A stretch of DNA of 64,000 bases. Origin: Azolla caroliniana (lineage: Eukaryota > Plantae > Polypodiophyta). Positions within the stretch are counted from its first letter, which is position 1. Every line of letters begins with the position of its first letter. Below, piece by piece: positions 26,399 through 38,130 of the stretch. The DNA lies in contig JBHGNT010000128.1 of NCBI GenBank assembly GCA_043228905.1, positions 1-64,000 on the forward strand, given 5' to 3'. The notes beneath the pieces were generated by a model. That model had not been told where the DNA came from, did not search any database, and saw only the letters and a program-made list of their open reading frames with translations. Position numbers and translations under genes: made by a program.

Positions 26399-27215
26399 CA
26401 TCTCAATCCAGTGATATCAAGTCGTCCACGTTTGGCGGAAGCATTGGTCGCTCATGGCGGATTCGTCTCAAATGATGCGCTTATGCTTGATCGTCAAGTT
26501 GGCCATGTTTGGCGGAAGCGTCGGTTGCGCTAAGGGTCCCTCGGCATTTTGCTTGGCGGAAGCATCTTATTTTTTGGTGGCTTCCCTCGGCCATGCATAT
26601 TATGCAAAATGATTTGGCGGAAGCACAATATGGTTTCGGACACCAACACAACACCGATTTCCACTACCCTGAGAAACGAGAGGAGTATAAAGAACCATCG
26701 AGCGGGGATATACACGTATAGGATATACACGTGTCATAGGCCGGAGGTGGCACATGGCGTGCCCATGGTAAGAGTGAAGAGAATTCTGAGTGGATACACG
26801 CGACGAGCTGCACATGCGTCGATGTAAAATCTAGTTCACTTCTCTGCCTTGGACCATGAGAGACCACATACGTACGCCTAACGACCATAGGCGGACGCCC
26901 GCCGCATCCTCCATTTATCTTCTCTCCCATTCCAATAGTTCTTCTTTATAGCCCGGGCATCGGTTTGGCTCGTCTCTCTGCTCGATTCATGGACGTTCAC
27001 CGCGCGTTGAAAGCCTTCCGTTCTAGTACCTAAAGAAATGTGGGAAAAGATAGATGCATTTATCTAGAACGTTCATCCGCGTGACATCGTCCTTTAGATT
27101 ATCATTAGAAGCGGGACGCGCCTATGGAACATCTCCCTTCATTTTTATTATCATTGTAGAATGAGGGCGCGCCTATGTAACACCTTCCTTCATTTTTATT
27201 ATCATTGTAGAATGA

Positions 27216-27419
27216 GGGCGCGCCTATGTGACCTCAACATCAGTGCAAGGCTGAGGCGACGCACGCAACTCCCAAATGCAGCAAGCTGCCTTGAGCGAGA
27301 GCTGCCCCCATGAAAGAAATTAGGTTAATATCGTGCGGCCTGATAGGTCGCGTATCAGATATTAAACTGATAAGAACAGATACTACACTTGATCTTAGCC
27401 AAAAGGCCGAGAAAGGTAT
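27216..27419 (-). ncRNA. U2: U2 snRNA gene (last in array 1; one private SNP)
   Basis: Array copy; plus strand reads ATAGGTCGCG instead of ATAGGCCGCG near 27348; promoter intact. Confidence 0.95.
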
Positions 27420-27945
27420 GAGTTCTCTTGAAGAACCGATTTGCTTCTTATAGGCTGCACCCTAACATGCCTCACCATGTGGGATATACGTTATATAATC
27501 ATCTCAACATTTAAAGCAAACTTTTGTCCTCTCATTGCATCGAAACCACCTTGGCCGATTGTTGGGCACTCAAAGAAAAAACCGACAAAGCTCAGAGAGC
27601 GGATCAGAAGAGTAGCCAGCATGAGGAGGTCAACTACGTTGGCTCTTCAGCCGAAATTTTGACGATCGACCCAAACATATTGTCCATAGAGAACCCAATC
27701 GAATCAGAAGTTCTACTTACAACTGAGGAATCGAGCGCATGGCTCCTGGACTCGGGCGCATCATATCATGTGACACCTCACCGATCTCAGTTTCGGCAGT
27801 ACTCGGACTGGCACTCCGATTTAGTTCGAGTCAGAAACTCGCGGCACTGTGCTATATTCGGAATCGGCACCGTAGAGCTCAACCTTCCAGGTGGCTCTAC
27901 ACTCGTACTACACAACGTCTGACACGTTCCTGAGCTCTCAGACCC

Positions 27946-29100
27946 TTGATCTCAGTCAGACAACTTGACGAAGCCGGCATCCGTGCCGGGTTCTCATCAG
28001 GAGGGTGGACACTCCACAAAGGGAACCTCCTGCTTGCTCGAGGACCAAAGGTACATTCCTTGTACCCTTTATATGTCACACTCAAAGAGGGTGACTTATT
28101 TTTGGTGGATATCCCCGTGTCATCGTTATGGCACGGACGACTTGGACACCTCAGCAAGGCCGGCATAATGCACCTATCCAGAGCCGGTTACATCCCCAAG
28201 CTCTCCTTCTCGGATCACCAATTCTGCGAGCATTGCCAGTACGGCAAACAAGTAGCCGCATCACACCCGACATCAGCACCAAGAGAATCGAGTCCCCTCG
28301 ATTTGGTCCACTCGAACGTCTATGGCCCAATGCCACATCAGTCTCTCAGCGGTGCTTCGTACTTCGTCTATTTTATTGACGACTCGACTCGGAAGGTGTG
28401 GGCTTACCCCATTAGAACCAAAGATCGGGTGTTCTCGATCTTCTCCGAATGGCTTGCAATGGTCAAAAACCAGACCGGTCGGAAACCAAAATGTCTCCGA
28501 ACCGATAATGGAGGAGAATTCAAGTTTAACGAATTCGTCAAATTCTGTCGGGAATGCGGCATTCAACATGAATATACGACACCCTATAGTCCAGAGCAGA
28601 ACGGAATTGCTGAACACATGAATCGGACGATTCGAGAACACGTAGTATCCATGCTCCAACACTCCGGACTGTCATATGGCTTCTGGGCGGAGGCTCTACT
28701 TACGGCAGTACACATAATAAATATGTCGCCAAGTAGACCTCTAGGACTTAAAATACCTCAGGAAACATGGACCGTCAGTAAGCCGAATTATGACAAGTTG
28801 AGGATCTTCGGCTACGAGGCGTATGCCCTCATACCGAAAGACGACCGCCGGAAACTCGAGCCAAGCTCAAGGAAATGCATTTTCCTTGGATATGGACCCG
28901 ACGGCGAGATCGGATACCGACTTTGGGACCCCGAGCACAGACAAATCGTCCGAAGTTCGGACGTCGTGTTCAACGAGTCGGCTATGCACAAAATGGCCGA
29001 AAGGCCTATTGAAGTCCAAAGGGTAATATTTTCCGAAGTGCCAACCCTTCATGAAGGTCCAGCCCACAACATGAGATCGGTTTCACGGTTTCACGGGTAA
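27946..29100 (+). pseudogene. Copia GAG-pre-integrase/integrase fragment
   Basis: 384-aa ORF with HHCC zinc motif, FIDDSTRKVW, TDNGGEF, PEQNGIAE, KCIFLGY. Confidence 0.9.
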
Positions 29101-29464
29101 TCGACACCTCTCGTCTTGAATCCATCGATTCAGCACAGCCGAATGGCTCGGCTTTCGACCATCCGACACCTATACCGGTGCGACCAGTTCAATCATACCT
29201 CGAAGATCCGAGAGACAGTCGCAAACTCCGGAAAGGTACTCTCCCGGAATTTTCTTTACCGACGTCGGCGAACCGAAGTCTTATGAAGAAGCATCAGTAT
29301 CTGCCAACTCAGCCACTTGGCATCTGACGATGGAGTCAAAAATGCACTCCATTCACGCAAACAGGACTTGGGACTTGGTCGAATTACCGAAGAGTCGACA
29401 TTCTCTTCCATGTAAGTGGGTCTCTCGACTAAAAGAGACGTCCGACTTGACCAACCCAAAGTAT

Positions 29465-30844
29465 TGACGAGAAATGTGCGGAATAATCTCCAATCACAAC
29501 CGTGTTGGGAGATAGGTCCCTTCAGATGGGGAGGGAGAAGAACAGTGCCGACGAACAAACTCGGCCGAGGCCGATAGGCCGAGGCCGAAACGGTACGAGG
29601 AGTACCCGGCTACGGAGAGCCGGATGATACAGGCCCGGTGTGAACCGGATGAGTAGTACCCGGCTACAGAGAGCCGGATGATACAGGCCCGGTGTGAACC
29701 GGATGAGTAGTACCCGGCTACGGAGAGCCGGATGGTGCAGGCCCGGTATGAACCGGATGAGGAGTACTCGGCTACGGAGAGCCGGATGGTGCAGGCCCGG
29801 TATGAACCGGAGGAAGAGACATATTCATGAATATGTTTCTGAGAGCCCATCGAGGCTATATTTGTAAATAGCCGAAAAGTCATATTAGTATAAATATGAC
29901 TTAGGGCAAACTTTTAGTAACTGTTGTTGTCATTTTCTTGTTGGTGCAAGAAGAAGAGAGAGTGCGTAATTGTACAAAGAGAGAGAGAGAGAGACGAGGT
30001 CATTGCCTCTGTAGTAACCGCCGCCTGTTGCGAAGATCGTGATTCCGAGGTCATTGCCTCCGTGAATTCACTGTTTTGTACATTCCTACATAGTGACAGT
30101 TTGCAGCCTGTGGGCTGCCGTGGTTTTTCCCCTAGTTTGGGGTTTTCCACGTAAACCTCTTGTGTATCTTCCTCTCCTTTGTGTCGTGTTCTATTTCCCG
30201 TTTTTCTTTGTATCATTCTACGCTCGGTTGTGGCCGAGTGTCGTGCATAAGGAACGTTAAGTTTACGACAAACCGAAGCGTAGATCACTTGATGACAATC
30301 AAACACAGAAGAAATGGGAATGGAGGTAAGTACACGAAACAGGAAAGAGAATACACATAATGTTAACGTGGAAAACCCTGAGAGGGAAAAACCATGGGAG
30401 TCCACATACTCCAAACTATCACTATGTCAAGGAGTACAACAGGGAGCACAGAGGCAACAACCTCTTGCTCACAATCTTCGCCTTGCGGCGATTACAATAG
30501 AGACGTACTCTGTATCACACACACACACTCTCTCTCTCTCTCTCTGTACAATCGTTACACCAATTACGCTATACAAAGATAATAACAACAACAACCGCAA
30601 TACACTGTTTGCCCTAGGTCACATTTATACTAATGTGACATTAGGACTATTTACAGATATAGCCCCAATGGGCACTCAGAAACATATCTACATATATGTC
30701 CCTTCATCCGGTGAGAGGTTCTCACCGGGCCTGCAACATCTGGTTCTCACCGGGTCTTCCATTGCCGGGTACTCCACATCCGGTTCTCACCGTCTTCCAA
30801 TGTCGGGCCTTCGTATCCCATCCGGAGGGACAGAGATCCTAACA
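29465..30844 (-). mobile_element. Solo LTR (~607 bp once the nested LTR is removed) inserted in the copia RT
   Basis: TG...CA ends; TSD AGTAT (29460-29464) / AGTAC (30845-30849); removing it restores N-P-K-Y-K-A-K-L-V-V-K-G. Confidence 0.85.
29503..30270 (+). mobile_element. Solo LTR (768 bp) nested inside the previous solo LTR
   Basis: TGTTGGGA...ACGACA; perfect TSD AACCG (29498-29502, 30271-30275); contains four 54-bp tandem repeats (AGTAC at 29601, 29655, 29709, 29763). Confidence 0.92.
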
Positions 30845-31857
30845 AGTACAAGGCCAAATTAGTTGTGAAGGGATTTCGACAAGAATATGACGTCGACTTC
30901 GACGAAATCTTTTCACCAATGGTGAAAATGACAACCCTTCGTTTCATGCTCGGCGTCGTGGCCACCGACAACTTGGAGCTGATTCAGCTAGATGTAAAAA
31001 CGGCATTCCTCCACGGTGACCTACAAGAGGAAATCTATATGGAGTAGCCGAAAGGCTTTGTGGCATCCGGCCAGGAACATCTAGTCTGCCGACTCAGGAA
31101 GAGTTTATACGGCCTAAAACAGGCACCCCGACAATGGTACAAGAAGTTTGACGACTTCATCCAGTCGGTCGTCTTCTCCAAGAGCGATGAGGACCACTGT
31201 CTCTTCACCAAAACAGCTCGAGACGGGTCTCCCGTCTTTCTCATCATTTACGTGGATGACATGCTACTCTCCGGCCGACATGCCGGAGAGCTCATCGAAC
31301 TCGTTCGGAAATTGCAGTTGAAGTTTGCCATGAAGGACCTCGGTCCGGCAAGACACGTACTTGGTATGAAGATTAGTCGGAATTGTGATAAACGACAACT
31401 TTTCTTGTCTCAAATAGACTACATCAAACGTGTCTTGGAACGCTTCAATATGCACTTGTCCAAGTCTGCTTCGACCCCGCTCCCCATTAACCGAAGGCTG
31501 TCTCAGCGAGACTGCCCGACATCCAATCCGGAGGGGGAAGATATGAAGTCGGTACCGTATGCACCGGCAGTCGGTTCCCTTATGTATGTGATGGTCGTGA
31601 CACGACCTGATATTTCTCACGTCGTAGGAGTCGTCAGCAGATTCATGCACAACCCAGGCTGATCGCACTAGAACGCAGTCAAGCACGTGTTCAGATATCT
31701 AGCTGGCACAAAAGACCACGACATTCTTTTTGGCCCGAACTCAACCTCAGGCATAGTCGGTTACACCGACTCGGACTTCGTCGATTGCGTGGATAGTTGG
31801 AAATCAACAACCGGATATTGTTTCAAATTTGGCAATGGAGCAATCTCGTGGAAGTCG
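30845..31857 (+). pseudogene. Copia reverse transcriptase / RNase H fragment
   Basis: DFDEIFSP, QLDVKTAFLHGDL, LYGLKQAPRQWY, YVDDMLL, TRPDIS; in-frame stops at ~31045 and ~31660. Confidence 0.9.
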
Positions 31858-32126
31858 AACAAAACCGATATGTCTGATAAACCTTGTATATACCTGTAAT
31901 TTAAGATAACCCATGTATACACCCATTACGGGGGAGTGTCGAATACGTGTATAATGGCCGTATTCACACTGTCCCTTTGGACAACCCAAGTTTGGGCTAT
32001 TTCTGTAAATAGCATAAAGGGCAGTTGCCCTAGGATAGTCACTATATAAAGTGACTTTGTAACCTTTAGTGGTAGTTGATTGTCATTTGTAACTGTTGCT
32101 ATTAAGAAATAAAACGTTTCTTTGTG

Positions 32127-32171
<45 letters not shown>

Positions 32172-32900
32172 CTCTTGTTCATTCTCATACACAGGTCCTT
32201 CAACATCACAGATGTTGTTTGTTCTTCCGCACTGACGACCTTTGTCCCAACAATCCGAACCAAAAGCAAGACGTCGGAAGGACAAATGTTCTTCTCGAAT
32301 TCAAATGGTGGCCAAGGAGGAGGTCACAGAGGTAGAAGAGGTCAATTCGGCCCATCACACGAAGGGAACTCAAACCTTCACGGAAGCCATCGAGGAACCT
32401 TCAGAAGAAGGGGGAGCTTCCACGCCGAACAAGGTCGGCAAATGAGGCCCGCAACTTGCAATTATTGTGGCAAAGCCGACAGCCGAAGAATTGGAAAACA
32501 GGAGCGGAGTTGTATCGGCCGAGGCCGAAACTGGAATCGTGTAAATAGCCAACTCGGGAGACTATATTTGTAAATAGTCTTAGTGTGCGCCCCATGAGGG
32601 CTACGTATGTAAATAACCAAAAAGCTGCGTAAGTACATATGCAACTAGGGCAAACATTTTTTTGGTGTGCAGTGGACAAGAGAGAGTGTGAGAGAGAGAA
32701 GGTAGAGTTGCGCCATAGTTGTGTGTGTAACAACAGACGCGAAGAGCCCTGTGAGGCTGATACACTCGATAGAGTGTTGTAATCATCTCCGTGTTGTATA
32801 TCCACTAGATATAGTGAAGAATCTGTTCCCGTGGTTTTTCCCCGTTTTATGGTTTTCCACGTAAATCTCTGTGCACCATTGTTTATCTTGTCTATATTTT
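31858..32900. mobile_element. LTR-like and gag-like fragments
   Basis: Motifs shared with neighbouring LTRs (TGTAAATAG, TAGGGCAA, GTGGTTTTTCCC...TTTTCCACGTAAA); RG-rich stretch ending in CNYCGK (partial zinc knuckle) at ~32300-32475. Boundaries unresolved. Confidence 0.55.
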
Positions 32901-32904
32901 AGGG

Positions 32905-33255
32905 TAAGCAAAACCGAAATCTAGAAACCGACCGGTAAGCAAATCCGGAAATTGGCCGGTAAGCAAAACCGGAATCCGGAAACCGACCGGTATGCAAATC
33001 CGGAATCCGGAAACCGGTAGGTAAGCAAACCAGAACTGGTCGACAAGCAAACCGAAACGAGAATGGGAACCGGCAAGGAACCAGAACCAGTCGGCAATCA
33101 AACCGGAACCGGAACCGCCAAGCAAAATCAGAACCGGAACCGCCAATCAAACCGGAACCGGAACCGGCAAGCAAAATCAGAACCGGAACCGGCCGGCAAG
33201 CAAAATGGAACTGGCCGGCGAGGGATTCGACGATCGAGCGGAACCGGCTACCGGA
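32905..33255 (+). repeat. ACCGGA / AAGCAAA-rich minisatellite
   Basis: Many degenerate copies of AACCGGAACCGG and GGTAAGCAAA. Confidence 0.8.
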
Positions 33256-35886
33256 CGAGGTTGGACGCGAACAGACGGAAGATTGGATCATGCAACAAAC
33301 TAAAGTAAAGTGAAGAGAACTAAAGTAAAGGCCATGTGGATGCAAGCAACTAAAGTTGGAGTGCATGCAAAAAGTAAAGGTGATGTGGAAGGTGTGCAAC
33401 AAAAAGGTGGAGATCATGCAACAAATTAAAGTAAAGTGAAGAAAACTAAAGTAAAGGCCATGTGGGACGCATGCAAGGGAAGGAGAGAAAAAAAGAAGAA
33501 GAATCTGTGAATCAAGGGGGCTAATCACTCATAATTCCTAATTTCCATACGGGGGGAAGGAAGGTATCTCTCAAGAAAACCATAATTTCCATACGGAAGC
33601 GATCTCTCTAAAAATCCTAAATTCCTTAGAAAATCCATCTTACTCATAACCCTAATTTTCCATACGGAAGCTATTCAACTCATAAAACCCTAATTTCCTA
33701 ATCAAAGCCATACAACTCAAAAACCCTAATTTTCGAATTGAAGCTAAAACCCCTAATTTCCTAATCAAAGCCATACAACTCAAAAACCTAATTTTCGAAT
33801 TGAAGCTAAAAACCCTAATATTCTAATTAAATCCATATCTCATTTCTTCTAATCTATTACTCTAGCCATCTCCATTAGCAAACTTTTTGTAATCCCAATC
33901 TTGGGATTAATTGTAATCTTTCTTTCTACTTGTTAATGAAATTTGTTAATCTTTCTCATTTCGGTTAATTCTTAGTACATAAATACACGAATTTGATATC
34001 CTCTAGTCAAAGGCCTTGGGGTCTTGCCTCGACGTTTACGTATCCTCGTCGTATTTTCGTGACACCGGAATTGGAGATGGAAGATCTGACCACACCGAGC
34101 TTGGGGAAGGAGCATGAAGTAATGTTGGAGGTAGTACAATAGTTCGTTGTACTTGATCAACGCGGAACCTACCGACAATGGTTGGAATGGTTGGGCAGGC
34201 AAGTTATCGAATTGGCTAACCAAGTGGAAGCGGAACAACAAGTATGGAGAAGTGAACCCACCCCGACAAAAAGGTTATTTACGGTAACCGAGGAATTGGA
34301 GAAGGCGCGAAATCAGATTTGGATTTTAGAAGAAGAGTTGGCAAGGGCCAAGGAATTAGTGGCCATAATGGTGAATATGGGCCACAACACCATCACATAG
34401 ACGGAGCCGGTAGAACCGAAAAGAACACGGGAAGCGGCTCCGATGAAAGAAGCAGAACCAATGGCTAATACGGCACTGGAGAAAGAGCGCGAGTGGAATA
34501 AAGAAATCGAAGAGCTCAAGGAAGAATTGGTCACGCAAGTGGCACTAGTAGAGAGAGAAAAAAAGAACTACGGAAGACAGCCGAGGAAGAGAAACGGAGG
34601 ACAAAAGACAGACTCTAGAAGACACAAGGCAACAATGACTGGTTGAAGGAGGAGAAAGAGAATCTGTTGCAAGAAAAAGACAAACTTTAGGGAATGGCAG
34701 AGACGGAAATTGAGCAGCTCAAGGAAGAAATCTGGCATGAGAAGGATACGGATGATTGGTTGTGTTCGCAAGTCAGTCGGCGTCTCAAACAAAAAACAGA
34801 GGATTTCGATAAGTTGTACTAGGATCATAAGAAGTTGGAGACATACTACAACTGGAAGCAGGAAAACCTTAGAGAGGTCCGAATAGAGTTGAAGAACAAA
34901 TCAGAGGCGTTGACGGAACAAGGACAACTGATGGTGGAAACAATGACAAAGTTGTTGGAGGAAGCGGTGAAGGAAAGGATGGAACTGGTGTAGGAGCATC
35001 ATTAGGTGGTCGAACGGTCAAAAATGGTGTTGGATAACGTACAACAACCTACCAAAGCCAGATTATGGAGTATGAAATGCAAGCGACGACAGCGGCAAAC
35101 CTCATCAAGCAGCTGAAGAAAGAAAAGGAGGCTACAGAGGACAAACTGAAAATGGGCATCAAGAGAATCTGGTGTCGTAAAGGGATACGACCGATTGGTG
35201 CCACCACGATTCCACACTTGCCGCAACGCATCTCGACTTGGTTCGGTGACCCATCACTCCTTGGAGATCCACTTGATTCAATTCATTGGAGTTGATTTAC
35301 ATTCTAGACTCAAAGTTCTTTAGTATTATTGTTCTTAGGGATTTATTTGCATTTTTTTGGAACATAGTTGTGTAGTCAAAACCATGTAATGTATTTCATG
35401 TGCACCATATAACACACATGCAAAGTTTTTCTCTACATGTGTGCCACATGGCCCACATGCTTTATATCGCGTAGATGCACAAGCTTCTCTAGGTGTGTGG
35501 CATGTGGCCTACATGTAATGACATCGATTTAGTATAAGAGGGGAGGATTATTGTCATGGGGGGGGGGGGGGGGGGGGGGGGACAATCAAAGAGTCCTATT
35601 TTGTAAAGGGTTTTTCTCTCAAAGAAATAGTGAATCTCTTATTTTGGCATTTCTTCTTCGTCTGCGTTTGAGGAGTAGCGTTGTGCGGTATTTTCTTGAT
35701 AACTCTCAATTTTGACATCTGTTTTCAACGTTCTATAGCTTGTTGGAAAGCTCTCTGGAAGAGCTTTCCAATATGTGTTTGTAGACTTAATTTGGTTACG
35801 TAGGTGGAACAATATAAGGGTTTTTGTCTTCACGGGTAGGGCTGCAAACCACTCATGACTATTGAGATACTTCCGGCTCAACTTCC

Positions 35887-36527
35887 TGTAGCAAAACAGT
35901 GCTCGGCCACAACCGAGGAACAGGATCGATTCACAGAAAACGGGAAATACAACAATGCACGAAAAACAATAGAGAGAAGGGCACACTGGATGTTTTACGT
36001 GGAAAACCCTAAATGGGAAAAACCACGGGAGTGCAAGACTCCAACTATCACTATACGCGGGAATGTACAATGGCGAGCTGCAAGGCGACGACCTTGAGCT
36101 CGCTGTCCTCGCCACAGGCGGCGGTATTACACAGAGGCGTCGACCTCTTCCTTCCTCCTTCTCTCTCACTCTCTCTCGGCTGCTCTCACTTCGCTCCCTC
36201 TTAGTGAAAACAGAAAAATGGGCAACAACAACAAACTGTTTGCCCTAAGTCATATTTATACACATATGACTTTCGGGCTATTTACAAATATAGCCTCAAG
36301 GGCTCTTGGCAAACATATTCACAAATATGTCCCCGCATCCGGATCTCTCTCCGGGTACATTCGTCATCCGGCTCCGTAACCGGGGTCTTCATCATCCGGA
36401 TCCGTATCTGGGTACTCTTCGTCCGGCTTCATGCCGGGTACTCTTCATCATCCGGTTCCATAACCGCAACCGGGCTTGCCGTCATTCATCTCCGGACATC
36501 CCATCCGGAGGGACCGAAATCCCAACA
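35887..36527 (-). repeat. 3' LTR of the full-length copia
   Basis: Matches 40645-41285; adjacent to the PPT. Confidence 0.96.
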
Positions 36528-36537
36528 AACTCCCCCT

Positions 36538-38130
36538 TCACTTCGGCATGGGATGTCTCTCCAAACCGATCCTCTTCCGGCATGCTTCCAGCTTGTCGGG
36601 TGTGAGCACTTTGGTCAGCATATCTGAGCCGTTCTCGTCCGTGTGGATCTTCGTCAGCACGAACTCCTGGTCTTCTATCCTTTCCCGGATCCAGTGATAT
36701 CTTCGCTGGATGTGCTTCGTCCGGGAGTGATAGGCCGCGTTCTTCGCAAGGTGGATGGCACTCTGACTGTCGCAGTAGAGTCGGTACTCCTCCTGCCGGA
36801 TACCGAGCTCTCTAATGAAGTCCTTCATCCATATCATTTCCTTGCCGGCGTCAACAGCCACCATGTACTCCGCCTCCGTGGTTGACAACGCAACCGTCTT
36901 CTGCAGCCTCGACTGCCACGAAACAGCTCCCCCTGCATACGTCATCACATACCCTGATGTGGACCGGCTGGTATCTGCATCAGCCGACATATCCGAATCG
37001 GTAAAGCCGTCGAGTTCGGGCTTATCGGAGCCGAATCGGAGGCACACGTTTGCCGTGCCCTTCAGGTATCGGAGTATCCACTTGACCGCGTTCCAGTGCT
37101 CTTTGCCGGGATTGCTCATGTACCGGCTCACCACTCCAACTGCATATCCTATGTCCGGTCTTGTACACACCATTGCGTACATCAAGCTTCCGACGGCAGA
37201 GGCATATGGTACTTTCATCATGTCCTCCTTCTCAGCCTTTGTCTTGGGGCTTTGCTTGCTGGACAACTTGCAGTTTGCCGGGAGGGTTGACCCGACCGTT
37301 CTTGCTTCCGACATGTTGAACCGGTGAAGCACCTTTGTCACGTACTTCTCCTGTGACAGCCACAACTGCTCCTTCTTCCGGTCCCGGATGATGTGCATCC
37401 CTAGTATTTGCCTCGCCGGACCCAGGTCCTTCATTGAGAAGGTTCGGTGAAGCGCTTTCTTCAGCGCCCGTATCTTGACCTGGTCCCGTCCGACGATCAA
37501 CATGTCGTCCACGTACAGGAGGAGTATTAGAGAGTCTCCTCCTTCGAACTTCTTCACAAACACGCAGTGATCAGACTGCGTTTTGTGGTACCCTTTGTCG
37601 GTCATGAAGGAGTCGAACTTCCGGTACCATTGCCGGGGAGCCTGCTTTAGTCCGTAAAGGCTCTTCTTCAACCGGCATACCAGGTGCTCCTTCCCTTTCT
37701 TCTCGAATCCTTCCGGTTGCTGCATGTAGATCTCTTCTTCGAGGTCACCGTGAAGGAATGCCGTCTTCACGTCCATCTGTTCTACCTCGAGGTCCATGCT
37801 TGCCGCTATGCTCAGCACCGTCCGGATGGAGGTCATCTTCACTACCGGGGCAAATATCTCGTCGAAATCGACGCCCTTCTTTTGCTGGAACCCCTTCACC
37901 ACGATCCTGGCTTTGTATCTCGGGGGGTTTCCGGCATCTCCCGGTTTCAGCTTGAACACCCACTTGTTTCGTAGTGCCCGCTTTCCTTTTGGCAACTCCA
38001 CAAGTTCATATGTGTGGTTCTCATGCAGGGAATCCATCTCGTCTTGCATGGCACTCAACCACCTGCGGCTCTGGGTGTCATGCTTTGCTTCTTCAAAGCT
38101 CTCCGGCTCCCCTTCGTCGGTTAGCAGCAC
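36538..38130 (-). pseudogene. Copia pol, RT-RNase H part (out of frame with the upstream ORF)
   Basis: YKARIVVKG, QMDVKTAFLHG, LYVDDML, FTDSD, STTEAEY, CDSQSAI, RTKHI motifs. Confidence 0.95.

Larger units (their letters stand above)
13659..27559 (+). repeat. Tandem array 1 of a 3323-bp U1/U2 unit (about 4.2 unit lengths; 4 U1 + 5 U2)
   Basis: ORF track and sequence recur at exactly +3323 (14382, 17705, 21028, 24351); units almost identical. Confidence 0.98.
27560..31857 (+). mobile_element. Truncated, degenerate Ty1/copia internal region (protease-integrase-RT-start of RNase H), split by nested solo LTRs
   Basis: WLLDSGASYHVT (protease), LWHGRLGH...CEHC, LRTDNGGEF (integrase), LKQAPRQWY and YVDDML (RT), GYTDSDF...ISWKS (RNase H); INT-before-RT order is copia; several stops and frameshifts; no own LTRs seen. 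Confidence 0.93.

Noticed and set aside
14382-26930. Many short ORFs recurring identically every 3323 bp
   Set aside because: Recurrence reflects DNA repetition; no recognisable domains; they overlap each other and the U1 gene.
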